A stretch of 63,914 bases of DNA, filler included, from Octopus bimaculoides (GCF_001194135.2; 5 parts of 5 records of this genome joined end to end with filler, not necessarily neighbours in it); one strand, 5' to 3'; shown: positions 28,731 through 41,247, counted from the whole stretch's first letter. Numbers and translations: made by a program. The notes: generated by a model not told the origin, from the letters alone.

Positions 28731-29372
28731 ACGTATAAAGTCAATCTTCACACGCACACTAATATATCTACAAATCCACAAACACATAAATACATACTCA
28801 TATATATAATGTGACAAGCATCGCACATCAACATATATATATATATATATATGTATATATGCACACACGTGCACTTCATGCAAATATAAACTTAATACAA
28901 ACAGATGCATCTACACACTTATAAACACGCATAATTATACACGTACTCATGCAAACACACGTGCATAGAAACACGCATGCACACACATGCCCGAACTTCG
29001 AAACAAAACAAGACAAAATAATATTGAAAGGAAAATCATATATGTGTATATGTGTGTATGCATGGTACATTTATATGTATGTGTGTACGTATATATATAT
29101 ACATATATGTGTGTGTGTGTGTGTACGTGTATTTATAAATATATATCCATATATATATTTCATGTGTATTTATAAATATGTAAATGCAAACATACTTACC
29201 TACCATACCCACATAAATAAATAGATGCATACATACATTCATACATTAGATACATACATACATGCAAGCATACATATGTGTACATATAGACACATGCATA
29301 CATACATATGTAAATGTACATATACACACACACACACGGTCACACACACGCGCACACAGACACAAACACATA

Positions 29373-29419
<47 letters not shown>

Positions 29420-29565
29420 CAAAAAAACAATAACAAAAAAACAAAAACAACAAAGTGAGGACGTGATATGAATATATATATACTTATATACATGTATATA
29501 TGTATGTGTATTTATGTAAGTGCATAAATTTAAATATATATACATACATACATACATACATACAT

Positions 29566-29609
<44 letters not shown>

Positions 29610-30625
29610 TATGTATATGCATTCATATAAATATTGAAATATATGTTTGTATATATACATACATATATATACATATATATATATATATGCATATATATAT
29701 GCATATCCACATATATATATAGAGATATATTTATAAATATATATATATGTGCATACACACACGCACACACATATATATCTATCCACATATATATGCGTGC
29801 ATATATGTGTGTGTGTATATATGTATATACACACACACACACATATTCCAATAGAAACCGAGAAAAACATCCGCACAAACATATACAAAATATTTTTTAA
29901 AAAAAGGCCTTTTTATTGTATGATCCGCTTAGAGTAAAAAAAAAAAGGACAAATAAATGACAAAAATAAAACACTATGAAGAAAAATGTGTCACATCTTG
30001 TTTTCTCCCCCCCCCCCCCCCCCAAGCACATTAACAAGAAAAAAATAAAAGGAGATTATAAAAAATGTGTGACATAACGACATTAACAGGAATAATGGCA
30101 AAGTCTTGTGGGATTGCTGCAGAATTCCTTTGACTCATTAAGATTCTGCCGTACCAATTTTTGTGAAGCAAAAGAGAAGAGAGAGAAAAGACTAGACAAG
30201 ATACGGTTATGGGAGCTGATGAGGAGAGGGTACGAGCCGGGTGCATTAGGCAGCTGACCCCGTGCGTTTATATGAAAAGTATGAAACGGAAATATGATGT
30301 ATATATGTATATATATACCTGTGTATGTATGTATGTATGTATGTATGTATGCATGTATGTTATGTATGTATGTATGTTTGTATGTGTGTATGTGTGTATG
30401 TATGTATGCATGTATGTATGTCTGTATGTGTGTATGTATGTATAAATATATATATATATATATACATATATATACATACACATATATATATATATTTATA
30501 TGTGTGTGTGTATACACATATATGAACATATACATGTGTAGATATATATGTATGCATATATATGTATAACTATGTATCTATCAATCTATGAGTATATGTA
30601 TGTATATTGTGTGTGTGTATCTATA

Positions 30626-30657
<32 letters not shown>

Positions 30658-30748
30658 TGCGCCTGTGTGTGTATATATGCATGTATGTGTGTAAGAGTGT
30701 ACGTGTGTACGTATGTATGCATGTAATTTATGTAGCTACGTATCTTTG

Positions 30749-30784
<36 letters not shown>

Positions 30785-31189
30785 TATATATATCCATACG
30801 TACATACATAGATACATACATACATACATACATGCATACATACATAGATACATACATACATACATACATACATACATACATACATAGACACACAAATAAA
30901 TAGCAATAGGTGATGGCTACTGTATTGATATGAGGGGTGGGGAGAGAACAGAAATTGAAAAGAAAGAAAGAAAGAAAGAAAGAAAGAAATAAAGAAGAGA
31001 AAAATGAATCAATAAAGAATCGATTGTTCGGGAACATTATGGTAAATTTAAATAAGGCATGAAAGAAAAGAAGGGGAAAAAATGAAAAATTAAACATTTA
31101 AAAATTCAGTGAAATGAGTATCCGTTTCTGGAGTCAATCAATCTTCGATCTTGGTTCAGTTTGTTATGGATCAATGTATGTGTGAGAAA

Positions 31190-31470
31190 AGCCGTTTATA
31201 CCACCGGTCCCGGAATATCTGTAACGGTCAGAGTATTTCGCCGCTTCACCGTTTCACTTTGTTATCGTTTTTGTTGTTGTATTTTTCACTATACTGTTGC
31301 TGCTGCTGCTGCTGTTTACACGCGTTGGCCGACGTAACAGCGAATTCTCATTGGTCAAATTGGTATTACCAGTACACCCAATAGAATTTATTATCTCTCA
31401 GTGCTGTGTGTGTGTGTGTGTGTGTGTGTGCGTGAATGACTAAAAGATGGCGCCGACCAGTCTGTGAATT
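31190..31470. promoter_or_regulatory. Candidate promoter-like segment
   Basis: Locally CpG-rich non-repeat island; ATTGG at 31350 and 31359, CCAAT at 31378, YY1-like AAGATGGCG at 31444-31452. Confidence 0.35.
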
Positions 31471-32330
31471 TTCGCTTATTTAATATCTCTATAAATTTCT
31501 ATTCACACGATTTGTTGTGTGTATGTGTGCGTGTGTTTGATGTGTGTGTGTGTTTGATGTGTGTATACGTGTATATATGACTTTGAGCGAACTGTATGCA
31601 TATGTATGTATACATATTATGTACGTAGGTATGTATGTATGCATATATATAGCGAAAGATACTTCACACGCCATGTATAGATCCATATCTCTATCACCGT
31701 ATATTTATATTCATATATATATATATATATGTGTGTGTATTCATAAGGGTGTATAATTATAGATATATAGATTAAATATGGATGTATATGTGACTTCAAT
31801 AAGAACGTATATAAAACTGTGAATCAGTGTGAATTTTTGTGTATGCCTATAGGTACTATGGTACATATACGTGTGTAAAGTATGCGTATGTATGTATGTA
31901 TATCTGTGTATGTATGTAATATATGTATACACAGAAAGAGAATGTGTGACCGGATGAGTATGCGCGTGCGCTTTAATGTATGTGTAATATTTCATATTTT
32001 CCTTGTGTGGAATGTTTAAGACCAATCATTTCTTTTATTCGCAGCGACATAAAGTCATAGCATTGTCTACCTGTTGGGCCATTGTGCACTCTCAATGACC
32101 AGATATGAACGAAAATTGCACCATCCGGGTTCATACGCGTCTATCTACTGTCTCTCCCTCTCTCCCCGTCTCTCTCTACCCCTCTTCCTCCCTCACTCTC
32201 TACCTCTCTCTTCTACCTCTCTCTTTCTCTACCTCTATCTTTCTCTCCCTCTCTCTTTCTCCCTTTCGCTCCTTCTCTCTCTCTTTCCTGCAGTAAGCAT
32301 CGTTTGTCGACTAGGATGTAATTGATCAGT

Positions 32331-32540
32331 AGAGGTGCATGGCTTACTGGTTAGGATGTTTGACTTATGATCGATTCCTGGACAGGGCAATGCGTTGTGC
32401 TGTTGAGCAAGACATTTCATTCCACGTTGCTCCAGTCCATTCAGTTGATAAAAAATGAGTAATCCTACGACGGACCGGCGTCTCGTCCAGGAAGGAATAT
32501 ATACGCCAGAGAAACTGAGAAACTAGTCCTATGATCCTTA
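32331..32540 (+). mobile_element. tRNA-derived SINE family C
   Basis: ggtgcatggcttactggttaggatgtttgac...gttgtgctgttgagcaagacatttcattccacgttgctccagtccattcag; reverse copy at 39860-40106. Confidence 0.75.
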
Positions 32541-32559
32541 CAGAAAAACGTGTGGACTA

Positions 32560-32880
32560 ACCATGTACCGGATCTCATATCGGTTCTGAGCGTTTGGTGT
32601 TATCTAGGTACATCTCCTTACAGATCTATTCCAGAACAGGCTGCTCCCGATGTAAAGTCTTTACCACTTCAAGCATTATAACAAAACGTTTTCCTCCTCC
32701 ATTTCTTTTTCCCAAGCCAAATCCTCCAACATGTTTCTCGTCTTTGTCACCCTTTTCCGACCTTTGCGTTGAAATCCTCTCTCACCAAGACAGTGCAAGT
32801 AGATCTGTGATCTCGCACGTGTTCTTGGTCTTCGAGAGATACGAATCCATATTTCTGGAATATAAATAGAAAGACACAAG
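32560..32880 (-). mobile_element. Non-LTR retrotransposon (RTE-like) apurinic endonuclease fragment
   Basis: Frameshifted translation VLVREDFNAKVGKG..HVGGFGLGKRN..RLYIGSSLF..ITPNAQNRYEI (GDFNAKVG-type motif). Confidence 0.7.
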
Positions 32881-33121
32881 CAGTTTCATATGGAACAATG
32901 TTTGTGTGTGTGTCTATATATGTGTGTATGTGTGTGTGCATATGTTAAGGTGTGGGGGAGTTGCTTGTGAGATTGTTTTCACTTGGCCTTTTATCATTAT
33001 ATCTCTCTCTCCCTCTCTCCGTCTTTTTTCTCTCCCTCTCTCTTTCTCACTTTCTCTCTTTCTCTTTCTCTCTCTCACTGACTCTACCTCTCTGCATATC
33101 TTTATATCTGTGTGTATGTGC

Positions 33122-33162
<41 letters not shown>

Positions 33163-34094
33163 CACACACATACATACTCGGTTGCACATATGCACGCACA
33201 GTGTCATGTGTGCCTGTGTACGCGCATAACAAATGCATAAACCTATTCCTGAGTGTGTATGGATCTGTTTCAAAAGCCTCTATCCATNNNNNNNNNNNNN
33301 NNNNNNNNNNNNNNNNNNNNNNNNNNNNNNNNNNNNNNNNNNNNNNNNNNNNNNNNNNNNNNNNNNNNNNNNNNNNNNNNNNNNNNNNNNNNNNNNNNNN
33401 NNNNNNNNNNNNNNNNNNNNNNNNNNNNNNNNNNNNNNNNNNNNNNNNNNNNNNNNNNNNNNNNNNNNNNNNNNNNNNNNNNNNNNNNNNNNNNNNNNNN
33501 NNNNNNNNNNNNNNNNNNNNNNNNNNNNNNNNNNNNNNNNNNNNNNNNNNNNNNNNNNNNNNNNNNNNNNNNNNNNNNNNNNNNNNNNNNNNNNNNNNNN
33601 NNNNNNNNNNNNNNNNNNNNNNNNNNNNNNNNNNNNNNNNNNNNNNNNNNNNNNNNNNNNNNNNNNNNNNNNNNNNNNNNNNNNNNNNNNNNNNNNNNNN
33701 NNNNNNNNNNNNNNNNNNNNNNNNNNNNNNNNNNNNNNNNNNNNNNNNNNNNNNNNNNNNNNNNNNNNNNNNNNNNNNNNNNNNNNNNNNNNNNNNNNNN
33801 NNNNNNNNNNNNNNNNNNNNNNNNNNNNNNNNNNNNNNNNNNNNNNNNNNNNNNNNNNNNNNNNNNNNNNNNNNNCGAGAGAGAGAAAAAGAAAGAACGA
33901 AAAACAAGAAAGAAAGAAAGAAAGACGATGAGCTTATCTTAACTTGCAAAAAGTGGGCAAATGACGAGACACTGCCAATGTTTCGGAATTATTGGCTCCC
34001 TTCAGTGGTATGTGCCTTAAAGATCCATCTACTTTTCAGTACCCAACTGCAATATTTTTGTGGACTTTACCTTTTCTTCCCTCTCTTTCCTTTC

Positions 34095-34145
<51 letters not shown>

Positions 34146-34359
34146 TCTGTCTTTCAATCCTACACCTCTTTCCTTCTAACTCTCCCTTTTACTAGAAATA
34201 GCAGCCAAATCTGAAGTTATAGTAGAAATAGCAGCCAAAGCCGAGGCTATAGTAGAAGACACTTGCCCATGCAGTGGGACTGAACCCGGAACCATATGGT
34301 TGGAAAGCAAGATTCTTACCACACAACCACGCCTGCGCCTACACAGCCATACAAATATA

Positions 34360-35199
34360 CAGGATGCGGTGAATATATTGTCGTCTAGATTATACATAAA
34401 ATGAAAATAGCATTTTAACAGATATATTTACCAAAATTACATAAAAATACCTTGAAATACTAAAGAGTAAATTTATTCAATACAATCGCCGTCGGCTTCA
34501 ATCACGGCCTCCAGACGACTTCGGAATCTCCAGCAGCTCTTCTGGACGATCTCCTTGTTTAAGTTGGTCAGTTCATCTTTAATGTTACAAGGGGGTTTCT
34601 TGATCTCTCGCTCAACTGCGCCCCAGCCACACGTAATAATTAAGGGGTTGCAGTCTGGGGAGTTAGGTGGCCAGATGTTAGGGGTGATGTATGTCTGACA
34701 GCCATGATTGGGTTCTCCTGCTTGTGTGGAATGGTGTAGAGTCCCGTTACCAGAGATTGGGTCTTCCAGCAACCACCCTCTTGATCCAGGGCAGCACCAC
34801 CCCCTCCAGGTACTTGATGTGGGCCTCCGTGTTGAGTCTGAGACCATGTGGGAACATGATTGAAGGCAAAACACCGCCATCACTAGAGATCATTCCAAAC
34901 ACCATGATGTTGACTGGATGTTTGATTTTTATCACTCTCGGTACATATTTTGGGTACACGGCAAGCCAACGGTTGTTCTGTGTTCACCATCTGTTCGTAT
35001 TGGAGCTTCCGGCGCGAATACCAAGCAGTGCAGCATGTCGTTTTCAAATTTCTGGAAGAGTTAATTGCGTCATGGTGACGTTTTTCTCATAGACGGTGCC
35101 CAACTGCCCCGACTATACTGTATAGTCGACAAAATCAAAAACAAACAATGTGCCTACGCGAAATTAAAAATATAAAATTTGTGACAGTTTACCCATTCT
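34360..35199 (-). mobile_element. Tc1/mariner (DD37D/maT-like) deletion derivative
   Basis: KHPVNIMVFGMISSDG, LPWIKRVVAGRP, DSTPFHTSRRTQSWLS, WPPNSPDCNP, RFRSRLEAVIEADGDCIE*. The N-terminus MTQLTLPEI*KRHAALLGIRAG is joined directly to the catalytic region. Diverged TIRs caggatgcggtgaa / cagaatgggtaaa. Confidence 0.85.
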
Positions 35200-35259
35200 G
35201 TGTGTCTGTATACACACACACACAAATATACAAATATATATATATATATACATTAAAAA

Positions 35260-35587
35260 TAGAAAGATATATTTTTCAACGCGTAAGTACTGACAGAACA
35301 GTATATATATAGGATAAAATCCTTACAGAACAGAAAAATCTGTCAGCAACCAGCCATGAGACACGAACTCACATCCGTTCAATTTCCGGTCAAAGTGCTT
35401 TAAGCTAAACTGCTTTACTGACAAATTCTTCTGCAATTTAGAATTTATAAACTCATCTAGAAACGCTAGATGGAATAGAAACTACGTCATATGGCTGGTA
35501 CTAACAGATTTGTTCTGCTCTATAAGGATGTTATCCTATATGTGCTGTTTTATCAGTACTTACGCATTGAAAAAATATATCTTTCTA
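35260..35587. mobile_element. Fold-back MITE with ~100-bp inverted arms, TA at both ends
   Basis: tagaaagatatatttttcaacgcgtaagtactgacagaacag...ggataaaatccttacagaacag is mirrored by ...taaggatgttatcctata...ctgttttatcagtacttacgcattgaaaaaatatatctttcta. Confidence 0.75.
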
Positions 35588-35792
35588 CTTGTACTACAAT
35601 ATATTTCAACGCTTCAAAAACAAATTTATGACGTAATATGATATGATATGATATATATATATAGCAAAAAATTTAGATTCAGATGAATTAGGTACTTAAG
35701 TTGAGGCACCAGAATTTAGTACGGTATTATCCATACAGTTTCAAAATAAGGTGATTAAAATCAAAATTAGCAACAGGATATCCAGAGGTAAT

Positions 35793-35876
35793 GCAGTACG
35801 ATCGTTTCAAGCGATTCTATTTAATTGAACAATGCAACCATTACATCAATTTAAATGCAGAGCAATCCTCAGCTGC
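35793..35876 (-). ncRNA. Type I hammerhead ribozyme motif (family shared with 45957/46133)
   Basis: Minus strand: GCAG-CTGAGGA-ttgc...cgctt-GAAAC-GATC-GTA-CTGC. Stem I GCAG/CTGC; palindromic stem III ACGATCGT; proximal stem II weak. Confidence 0.65.
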
Positions 35877-35902
35877 ATAAATACATAGAATTAAATTATA
35901 TA

Positions 35903-36048
35903 TATATATATATAATTTTTTTCAGAATGAGACAAAAAAACCAAAGCTGTGAAGATTTTAGAACATTTATAAATAGGTCTTACAGCTGTTTCTTCACAGC
36001 GTTGGTTTTTTTTTTTATCTCATTCTGAAAAAAAAAATTATATATATA
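35903..36048. repeat. Inverted repeat (~55-bp arms) whose loop holds a 3' half hammerhead motif
   Basis: tataattttttcagaatgagacaaaaaaaccaaagctgtgaaga pairs with tcttcacagcgttggtttt...atctcattctgaaaaaaaaattata. Minus strand 35977-35992 reads GAAAC-AGCT-GTA-AGAC. Confidence 0.75.
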
Positions 36049-36188
36049 CATGCTGATATATGACCTACGTTGGACTCCTTATTCGCATAGTCTCCGAACC
36101 TGGAGCTTAACTGTGGTCTATCCATAGCACTTACTCAGCATTACCTGAAACCTCTGGGTCTAATTGACACCATTACCTCTTATAACCT

Positions 36189-36239
<51 letters not shown>

Positions 36240-36547
36240 TAAATGTTTAGTTAAATATATTCAATGAGAATATCATATACTGAATCTATATTGCGTGCTC
36301 TATTGTATCAAAGTATTAATACTATTAAACTATTTATGTATTTAATACGAGCGATTATATATTTTTTAATAATATATTATTATTAATATCAGGAAATCAA
36401 TATTAGAAAATTCTTCAGAAAGACATACGTGTGTAAAATAACTGTTGTATTAAAAATATAAATATATATAAATATATGTAAATATGTATAAGTATAAATA
36501 TATAATATATATGACAGTTTAAAAGTTTTGAATTAAGTTTTTAAAGC

Positions 36548-36637
36548 ATCTTACGATCGTTTCGCAGAAGTGCTGTCCCTATAATGGAATCCTATATTGA
36601 TAAGCATTTATAGACAACTCTTCTGCTCTTCAGAGAT
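36548..36637 (-). ncRNA. Type I hammerhead ribozyme with intact catalytic core and long stem II
   Basis: Minus strand: ATCT-CTGAAGA-GCAGAAG-(49 nt)-CTTCTGC-GAAAC-GATC-GTA-AGAT. Stem I 4 bp; stem II a perfect 7 bp, extendable (gttgtc/gacagc, ctataa.tg/cattatag); GUA cleavage triplet; predicted cut between 36552 and 36551. Confidence 0.85.
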
Positions 36638-37307
36638 ATAAAATTTGAATCTTGCATAATATATCGAATGGTAGTTTTTTTTTTAAATATGAAGTAATAT
36701 AAANNNNNNNNNNNNNNNNNNNNNNNNNNNNNNNNNNNNNNNNNNNNNNNNNNNNNNNNNNNNNNNNNNNNNNNNNNNNNNNNNNNNNNNNNNNNNNNNN
36801 NNNNNNNNNNNNNNNNNNNNNNNNNNNNNNNNNNNNNNNNNNNNNNNNNNNNNNNNNNNNNNNNNNNNNNNNNNNNNNNNNNNNNNNNNNNNNNNNNNNN
36901 NNNNNNNNNNNNNNNNNNNNNNNNNNNNNNNNNNNNNNNNNNNNNNNNNNNNNNNNNNNNNNNNNNNNNNNNNNNNNNNNNNNNNNNNNNNNNNNNNNNN
37001 NNNNNNNNNNNNNNNNNNNNNNNNNNNNNNNNNNNNNNNNNNNNNNNNNNNNNNNNNNNNNNNNNNNNNNNNNNNNNNNNNNNNNNNNNNNNNNNNNNNN
37101 NNNNNNNNNNNNNNNNNNNNNNNNNNNNNNNNNNNNNNNNNNNNNNNNNNNNNNNNNNNNNNNNNNNNNNNNNNNNNNNNNNNNNNNNNNNNNNNNNNNN
37201 NNNNNNNNNNNNNNNNNNNNNNNNNNNNNNNNNNNNNNNNNNNNNNNNNNNNNNNNNNNNNNNNNTATATACATAATTATATACATAATTATAACAAGGG
37301 CTTTATA

Positions 37308-37711
37308 GGCGCAGGAGTGGCTGTGTGGTAAGTAGCTTGCTTACCAACCACATGGTTCCGGGTTCAGTCCCACTGCGTGGCATTTGGGCAAGTGTCTTCT
37401 ACTATAGCCTCGGGCCGACCAAAGCCTTGTGAGTGGATTTGATAGACGGAAACTGAAAGAAGCCCGTCGTATATGTATATATATGTGCGTGTGTATGTTT
37501 ATGTGTCTGTGTTTGTCCCCCTAGCATTGCTTGACAACTGATGCTGATGTGTTTATGTCCCTGTCACTTAGCGGTTCGGCAAAAGAGATCCGATCGAATA
37601 AGTACTAGGCTTACAAAGAATAAGTCCTGGGGCTGATTTGCTCGACTAAAGGCAGTGCTCCAGCATGGCCGCAGTCAAATGACTGAAACAAGTAAAAGAG
37701 TAAAAGAGTAA
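37308..37711 (+). mobile_element. SINE family A, full length, close to consensus
   Basis: ggcgcaggagtggctgtgtggtaag...gactgaaacaagtaaaagagtaaaagagtaaa. Confidence 0.92.
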
Positions 37712-38194
37712 ATGAATAATTATAGCCAAGGGCTTGGCTTGCGCCTCACTACGCACTAAAAAATAGACGTCTATGTGTGTGCATGTATGCGTGTATGGTC
37801 GACTTTGCTTTTCCTCCTTTCGTTTTCGATAAAATAAGTACCTGGCGAGCATGAGGGCCCATGTAAATGAACAGCTCCTACCTCTCCAAACGTTAAGGCC
37901 TTGTGCCTATAGTCGGAAAGAACACAAATAATTTCTAACGTTCTGTATATCTTGAAGCTCTCGGGAAAGAATTGATACTTTCTGTAAATGAAACTCCGTC
38001 GAAGAAATGCCATTTTCGTGAAATTCTACCTTTTCTAGGATTGGTGGCGGTGGTTAGTTATTTGGTCACGAATCTTGAATTTAGGTCTTATGACTCAATA
38101 TTGAAACATGAACCTGTTATATTACTTTAGCATCGTTGATGGAAGTTTCTCGTTAATCAGTTCCTTTTGCTCTTATGACAATTGTTGCTGCCAA

Positions 38195-38252
38195 TGTTGT
38201 TGTTGTTGTTGTTGTTGTGTTGCTGTTCCTGTTGCTGTTGCTGCTACTGCTG

Positions 38253-38284
<32 letters not shown>

Positions 38285-38356
38285 GTTGTTGGTGTTGTTA
38301 TTGTTGTTGTTGTGTTGCTGTTCCTGTTGCTGTTGCTGCTACTGCTGTTGTTGTTG

Positions 38357-38388
<32 letters not shown>

Positions 38389-38720
38389 GGTGTTGTTGGT
38401 GTTGTTGTTGTTGTTGTTGTGTTGCTGCTCCCGTTGCTGCTGCTGCTGCTGTTGTTGTTGCTGTTGTTGTTGTTGTTGTTTAGCTTCAGATCAGTCTTGT
38501 GATTCAGAAGAATAATCGCTCCTGTCGTTGCTGTTTCAGTCCTCATTGCTGTTCTTGTTGTTGTTGTTGTACATGTCGACGGCGGCGGCGGCGTTATAAC
38601 TGTTGTTCTTGTCATCGTCGTCATCGTCGTTCTTGCTGCCGCCGCCGCCTTGGTTGTATTGTTGTTGTACCATCCTCGCCATGATTGTTGCTGCTGCTGT
38701 TATCATTAATGTTATTGTTA
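38195..38720. repeat. Compound (GTT/GCT/GGT) microsatellite with a higher-order ~100-bp unit
   Basis: gtgttgctg(t/c)tcc recurs at 38217, 38312 and 38419. Confidence 0.9.
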
Positions 38721-39133
38721 TTGTTTTTACCCCTCAGGTCAGTCCTGGCCCTCAGCCAGGGTCACCTATGAACCGAGACATTCCACTAGCCACCATTGAT
38801 CACTTTGTTTCATTGAACTCATCTTGCTTCTTATTTAACATTACATTATCGAATTTACATTTCCCTATGTTTAGATATTAAAGCAATGTTTGAGGGAAAT
38901 TTAGCTGCTATATCAAGAACACGGAGTAACCATATAAACACCTCCGCACTACATCGTCTAATACGTCAGTAGTCTTTCTTTAGACTTTTCTTTTTGCTTT
39001 TGAAGTTGTTTTTTTTTTAGCTTTTTTAGCTTTTGACCCGGAGTTTTTGTTTTTTTTATCTTTTAGTCCGGATTGAAGTTCTCAATATATTTTTTTTTTA
39101 AAGACCTTATTCTCATTATTAGTGTTATTATTA

Positions 39134-39345
39134 AGGCGGCGAGCTGGCAGAATGGTTAGCACGCCGGACAAAGCACTTAGCAGTATTTCGTCCGTTTAAC
39201 GTTCTGAGTTCAAATGCTGCCTACATAGACTTTGCTTTTTATCCTTCCGGGGTCGACAAAATAAGAACCAGTTGAACAGTGGGGTCGATGTAATCGACTT
39301 AGCCTCACCTCCGAAATTGCTGGCCTTGTGCCAAAATTTGAAAAT
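39134..39345 (+). mobile_element. SINE family B, full length
   Basis: aggcggcgagctggcagaatggttagcacgccgg...ccaaaatttgaaa. Confidence 0.9.
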
Positions 39346-39859
39346 CATTATTACTGCTATCACCACCACTACTACTACTACTGCTACACTATTGTTATTA
39401 TCATTATCATCATCAACAAAATCTCGCTAACAAGCTACGCTCAAACATTTCTTCTCAATCAATCATTTTTTCCCCTCTTCCTATCGTTTCTGAACTCGAT
39501 CCATTTTATTATGTAAGCCTGATCCAAGATCTCCAAAAGTGATCCATTAGTTGTAAACTTGATCTCTGTTATTAGACATAATTCCAAAGTCTGATGTTTT
39601 GCAGATGCTATCCGAAGCTCACGTATCTTCATGAATGGGTGTACGCGTTTATATGAGTGTACATACGCTTGCGTATTTTTGTATATTTATAGTTACGTTG
39701 TTCCTGTTGTTATTGCCATGTCGTCCCTGATCGGGCCTGATCAAGCCGACCTATGACATGTAGGTAGTTTATCAAACGACGAGGTCAATCCACAGACCTG
39801 TTGTGTTAAATATACCCCTGCCGTTCTGAGGAGCGCTCTGCGTGTAATGACGTTAAAAA

Positions 39860-40106
39860 AAAAGAATACACCTTTGGTCATGAATGACCATGGGATTGCA
39901 CCTAGAAAAGTTACCCTCCGAGGAACAAGTCCGGGCAAGGTTGTTTATGGATGACCAGCAGTCGCCCATGCATACCAACCTCCCCTCCACCGATGTTATC
40001 CAAGGGAAAGGCAGATACAGCTTGGCACCAGCTTGGCAACTCATTTTTACAGCTGAGTGAACTGGAGCAACGTGGAATAAAGTGTCTTGCTCAAGAACAC
40101 AACACA
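39860..40106 (-). mobile_element. SINE family C
   Basis: Reverse of gtgttgtgttcttgagcaagacactttattccacgttgctccagttcactcagctg. Confidence 0.75.
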
Positions 40107-40199
40107 CGTACATTCAAATCGAGATAAAGAGTTACAACAGGTACGTTTCCAGTGTGGATATTTATATTTTGTAGTTTATTGAAACTTATGTCTAGTGGA

Positions 40200-40256
<57 letters not shown>

Positions 40257-40705
40257 NNNNNNNNNNNNNNNNNNNNNNNNNNNNNNNNNNNNNNNNNNNN
40301 NNNNNNNNNNNNNNNNNNNNNNNNNNNNNNNNNNNNNNNNNNNNNNNNNNNNNNNNNNCGACCCGGGTATATAGTAGAAATCACTAACCCAAAGCGCTGC
40401 GTAACGGGATCGAATCCGAAACCGCATGGTTGCAAAGCGTGCATCTTAACTACACTGCCGTTGTTGTTATTGTTGTTGTTGTTTTTGCTGCTGCTGTTGT
40501 TGTTGTTGTTGTCGTTGTTGTAGCTGTCGTTGTTGTTTAAGGTTAGTTCTGCTCAAGCAGGTCCCTCAAATAGGCGTTCCAAATGTCCATCCTATGTTAT
40601 TTTTTTTTTTTCGAAAATATGTTTTCCAATGTGTTTTTCCCGATCTTAAGATGTATTTTGAGTGCAATTTGACGGCTATTTCAAGTAGTCTGAATGACCA
40701 CTTAC

Positions 40706-40893
40706 AACTCCCACCATCCACTGACACTGATAATTTGAAATGATCGACAGACACAGCGGAGACAAGCAAAGTGGATCAGTCGGACAGTAACAATTGTGTC
40801 CTTATATTTGCCCATTTGTAACCCAATAAAAGGTTCGTTGTGAATCTGAGAACTGATGGTGCTATATTTGGGCAAATGCTTGGAACCAGGATT
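40706..40893 (-). CDS. Candidate internal coding exon (188 nt), product unknown
   Basis: Acceptor ttttgttttgtcttggcctgttgtaatccatccAG, donor gtt|GTAAGT. One frame fully open: NPGSKHLPKYSTISSQIHNEPFIGLQMGKYKDTIVTVRLIHFACLRCVCRSFQIISVSGWWE(L). Confidence 0.45.
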
Positions 40894-41057
40894 CTGGATG
40901 GATTACAACAGGCCAAGACAAAACAAAACAAAAAAAAATTAATGGAGAGAGAGCGATCCTTTTTCATTTATTTATTTATTTATTTACTTTTATGTAACGG
41001 GACTATACATATAACTATCGGCGACAGACAGCCTACTACCATTCCTACTGCTACTAC

Positions 41058-41094
<37 letters not shown>

Positions 41095-41216
41095 ACCACA
41101 ACTACTGCACCTGCTGCTGCTGCAAATTAACGTCATCTTTCGAGTGTGTATTTGCAATGCAAGCTGACCATTCTGTTCCTATTGGTTGATCTCCGATTGT
41201 AATCAAGTGTCTTATT

Positions 41217-41247
<31 letters not shown>

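Noticed and set aside
30007-30023. C17 run (possible G-quadruplex on the minus strand)
   Set aside because: Isolated homopolymer with no supporting context.
30211-30300. CTGATGA...GAAAC...GTA on the plus strand
   Set aside because: Neither stem I nor stem II can form.
33964-34009. Minus-strand HHR-like CTGAAG-GGAG..TTCC-GAAACA..TGTC
   Set aside because: A9 is missing and stem I is mismatched; possibly a decayed copy but not supportable.
38298-38684. Poly-T/N/Q/G ORFs on the minus strand
   Set aside because: Trinucleotide repeat translation with stops in the unique interludes and no splice signals.
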